A DNA stretch of 62,626 bases, the filler included, from Dimorphilus gyrociliatus (Eukaryota; Animalia; Annelida): assembly GCA_904063045.1 (NCBI GenBank). It is 4 parts of 4 records of this genome, joined end to end, with 100 filler letters (N's around TTAATTAATTAA, not from the genome) between each part and the next. Parts side by side here need not be neighbours in the genome. Positions count along the whole stretch, not along the records: positions 61,216 to 62,626 come from CAJFCJ010000346.1; 3 more parts are not named here. The stretch is one strand, 5' to 3'. A program made the position numbers and the translations under genes. The notes beneath the pieces are model-generated. The model saw only the letters and a program-made list of their open reading frames with translations, ran no database searches and was not told the origin of the DNA. This document shows, piece after piece, positions 61,216 through 62,626 of this stretch. Position 1 is the stretch's first letter; the number at the start of each line of letters is the position of its first letter.

Positions 61216-62014
61216 ATTGAAAATTCTTCAGTCTATGAATTGAAATTTTTGGTGTTTTACCCTAACCCACCAGTTAAGAAGATTGTTTCCACTTTATACT
61301 TCCTAACCCTAGAAAAGCCCAAAAACTTACCCTAAATTTTAGACTATTTGGCCGTTTTCTCCCAATCTCATGAACAACATGATTATTATGATACATTTAC
61401 TGGAAAATTAGAAATTGAATTTAAATCTACATTTTATCCAGATTCAATAATTGGCTTTCAATAATATTTTAAAATTTGACATAATGGATTCCATTGTCAA
61501 TCATTGGTAGATTATTAATATGCAAATTATTATCCTAACCCTGTATTAATTTCCTTTTTTTTACTAAAGGTATATTAGGTTCATTGGGAAAGAGTTTTTT
61601 AAATTTTTAAAACTTACATTTATGCTATTATAATCTTTCTTCCTGTAAATCCACTTTTAAATCCATTTCTTCAATATAGCCCAAATTTCTTATGTATAAA
61701 ATTCATTCTTTCTTTTTACAACGATTTATATTGCTGATAAATATTCAAATATACCAATTTGAATTTGAATATAACCTGGACTATTGAAATCTTACTGAAA
61801 CTCATAATCTTCTTAAAGGGGAATTTCGAGGGAGTCGGTTTTTCATAGTGTCACCTTTTATGCTTAAAAAAATTTCCAAATATTTCAGATTAACTCTCAA
61901 CCATCAAGAGGATTTTTACCATTTGAAGATGTTTTTATATTATTCTAAAATCAATTTCCTGCGATGTCTTAAATGAAGCTTTTTATAGTATAAAGACTTA
62001 AGAGATTGAATTTA

Positions 62015-62525
62015 TTGGTTAACAACGCTGGATGCGCTTTCGAGAAAAAATTTCAGGAAACAACACTTGAGGAATACGATTTCATGTTTAGAATGCATAC
62101 AAGAGCATCATTGAATTTCGACCGGTCATTTTAACAATTAATAATAACTCATTTCTCCATAGACACCATGCTGATCATTTTACAATATCGGAAAAGCTGG
62201 ACTGAATATGATAACTCAATGGCAGCGAAAGGTAAAGAAGATATCTCCGCATCATATCTATATTTGAACTTATCAATCAACAGATTACGGAAAAGATGAC
62301 GGCTTTAGAGTAAATGTTACCTTTACTATGCGGCTTGTTAGCACCAATATATTCCTCAGTTCCAGTTCAGAAGCATCGAAAGAAGAGAATGATTGGAATC
62401 TAGAAGGAATGAAATCGCATATTCTATATTATAGAATTCCAGCCAGTGAAGAAATTGCGAAAGTTGCATATTTTATTGCAAATGACGATATTGGCAAAAT
62501 ATTACAGGATCCAGATTTAATCTGA
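62015..62525 (+). pseudogene. Short-chain dehydrogenase/reductase (SDR) pseudogene fragment
   Basis: LVNNAG..ETTLEEYD, YNIGK (YxxxK), FRVN and EEIAKVAYFIAND in different frames with stops. Confidence 0.7.
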
Positions 62526-62626
62526 GCAACGATTTACATTTGCTATCTAGTTAGCTATTCTCTCTATTATATGTTCAAGTTTCAAGACCTCAAGATTATG
62601 ACACAACTCTTATCTATCATTTATTT

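Overview
AT-rich animal genomic DNA with very short introns (about 50-70 bp), probably from a compact-genome invertebrate such as a lophotrochozoan (inference), and three 100-nt assembly gaps. The left 16 kb holds two related Ty3/Gypsy (Metaviridae) LTR retroelements on the minus strand, both with an env-like gene whose Cys and fusion-loop pattern resembles class III (rhabdovirus/mononegavirus G-like) fusogens. Element 1 (1-9142) is LTR-to-LTR, has a tRNA-Ser PBS, is broken by frameshifts, and carries a second complete retropepsin plus an acidic spacer between integrase and env. Element 2 (about 10421-16312) is 5'-truncated and has RT-RNaseH-IN-Env as one open 1736-aa frame. A near-perfect 2957-bp inverted duplication (15573-18529 / 21646-24602) copies the RT fragment and the 3' half of a DEG/ENaC gene with a very large extracellular insertion, and it ends exactly at a Mutator-like element whose five-exon PHD-FLYWCH-DDE transposase appears intact. 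The right half has a cluster of 1 complete and 3 partial GRL101-like genes (SRCR-like repeats, C-type lectin-like, LDLa, LRR, 7TM), a fucolectin/F5-8-repeat gene, a Mutator MITE, Tc1 and MULE relics and an SDR pseudogene. All family assignments come from motif recognition by eye; no searches were run.
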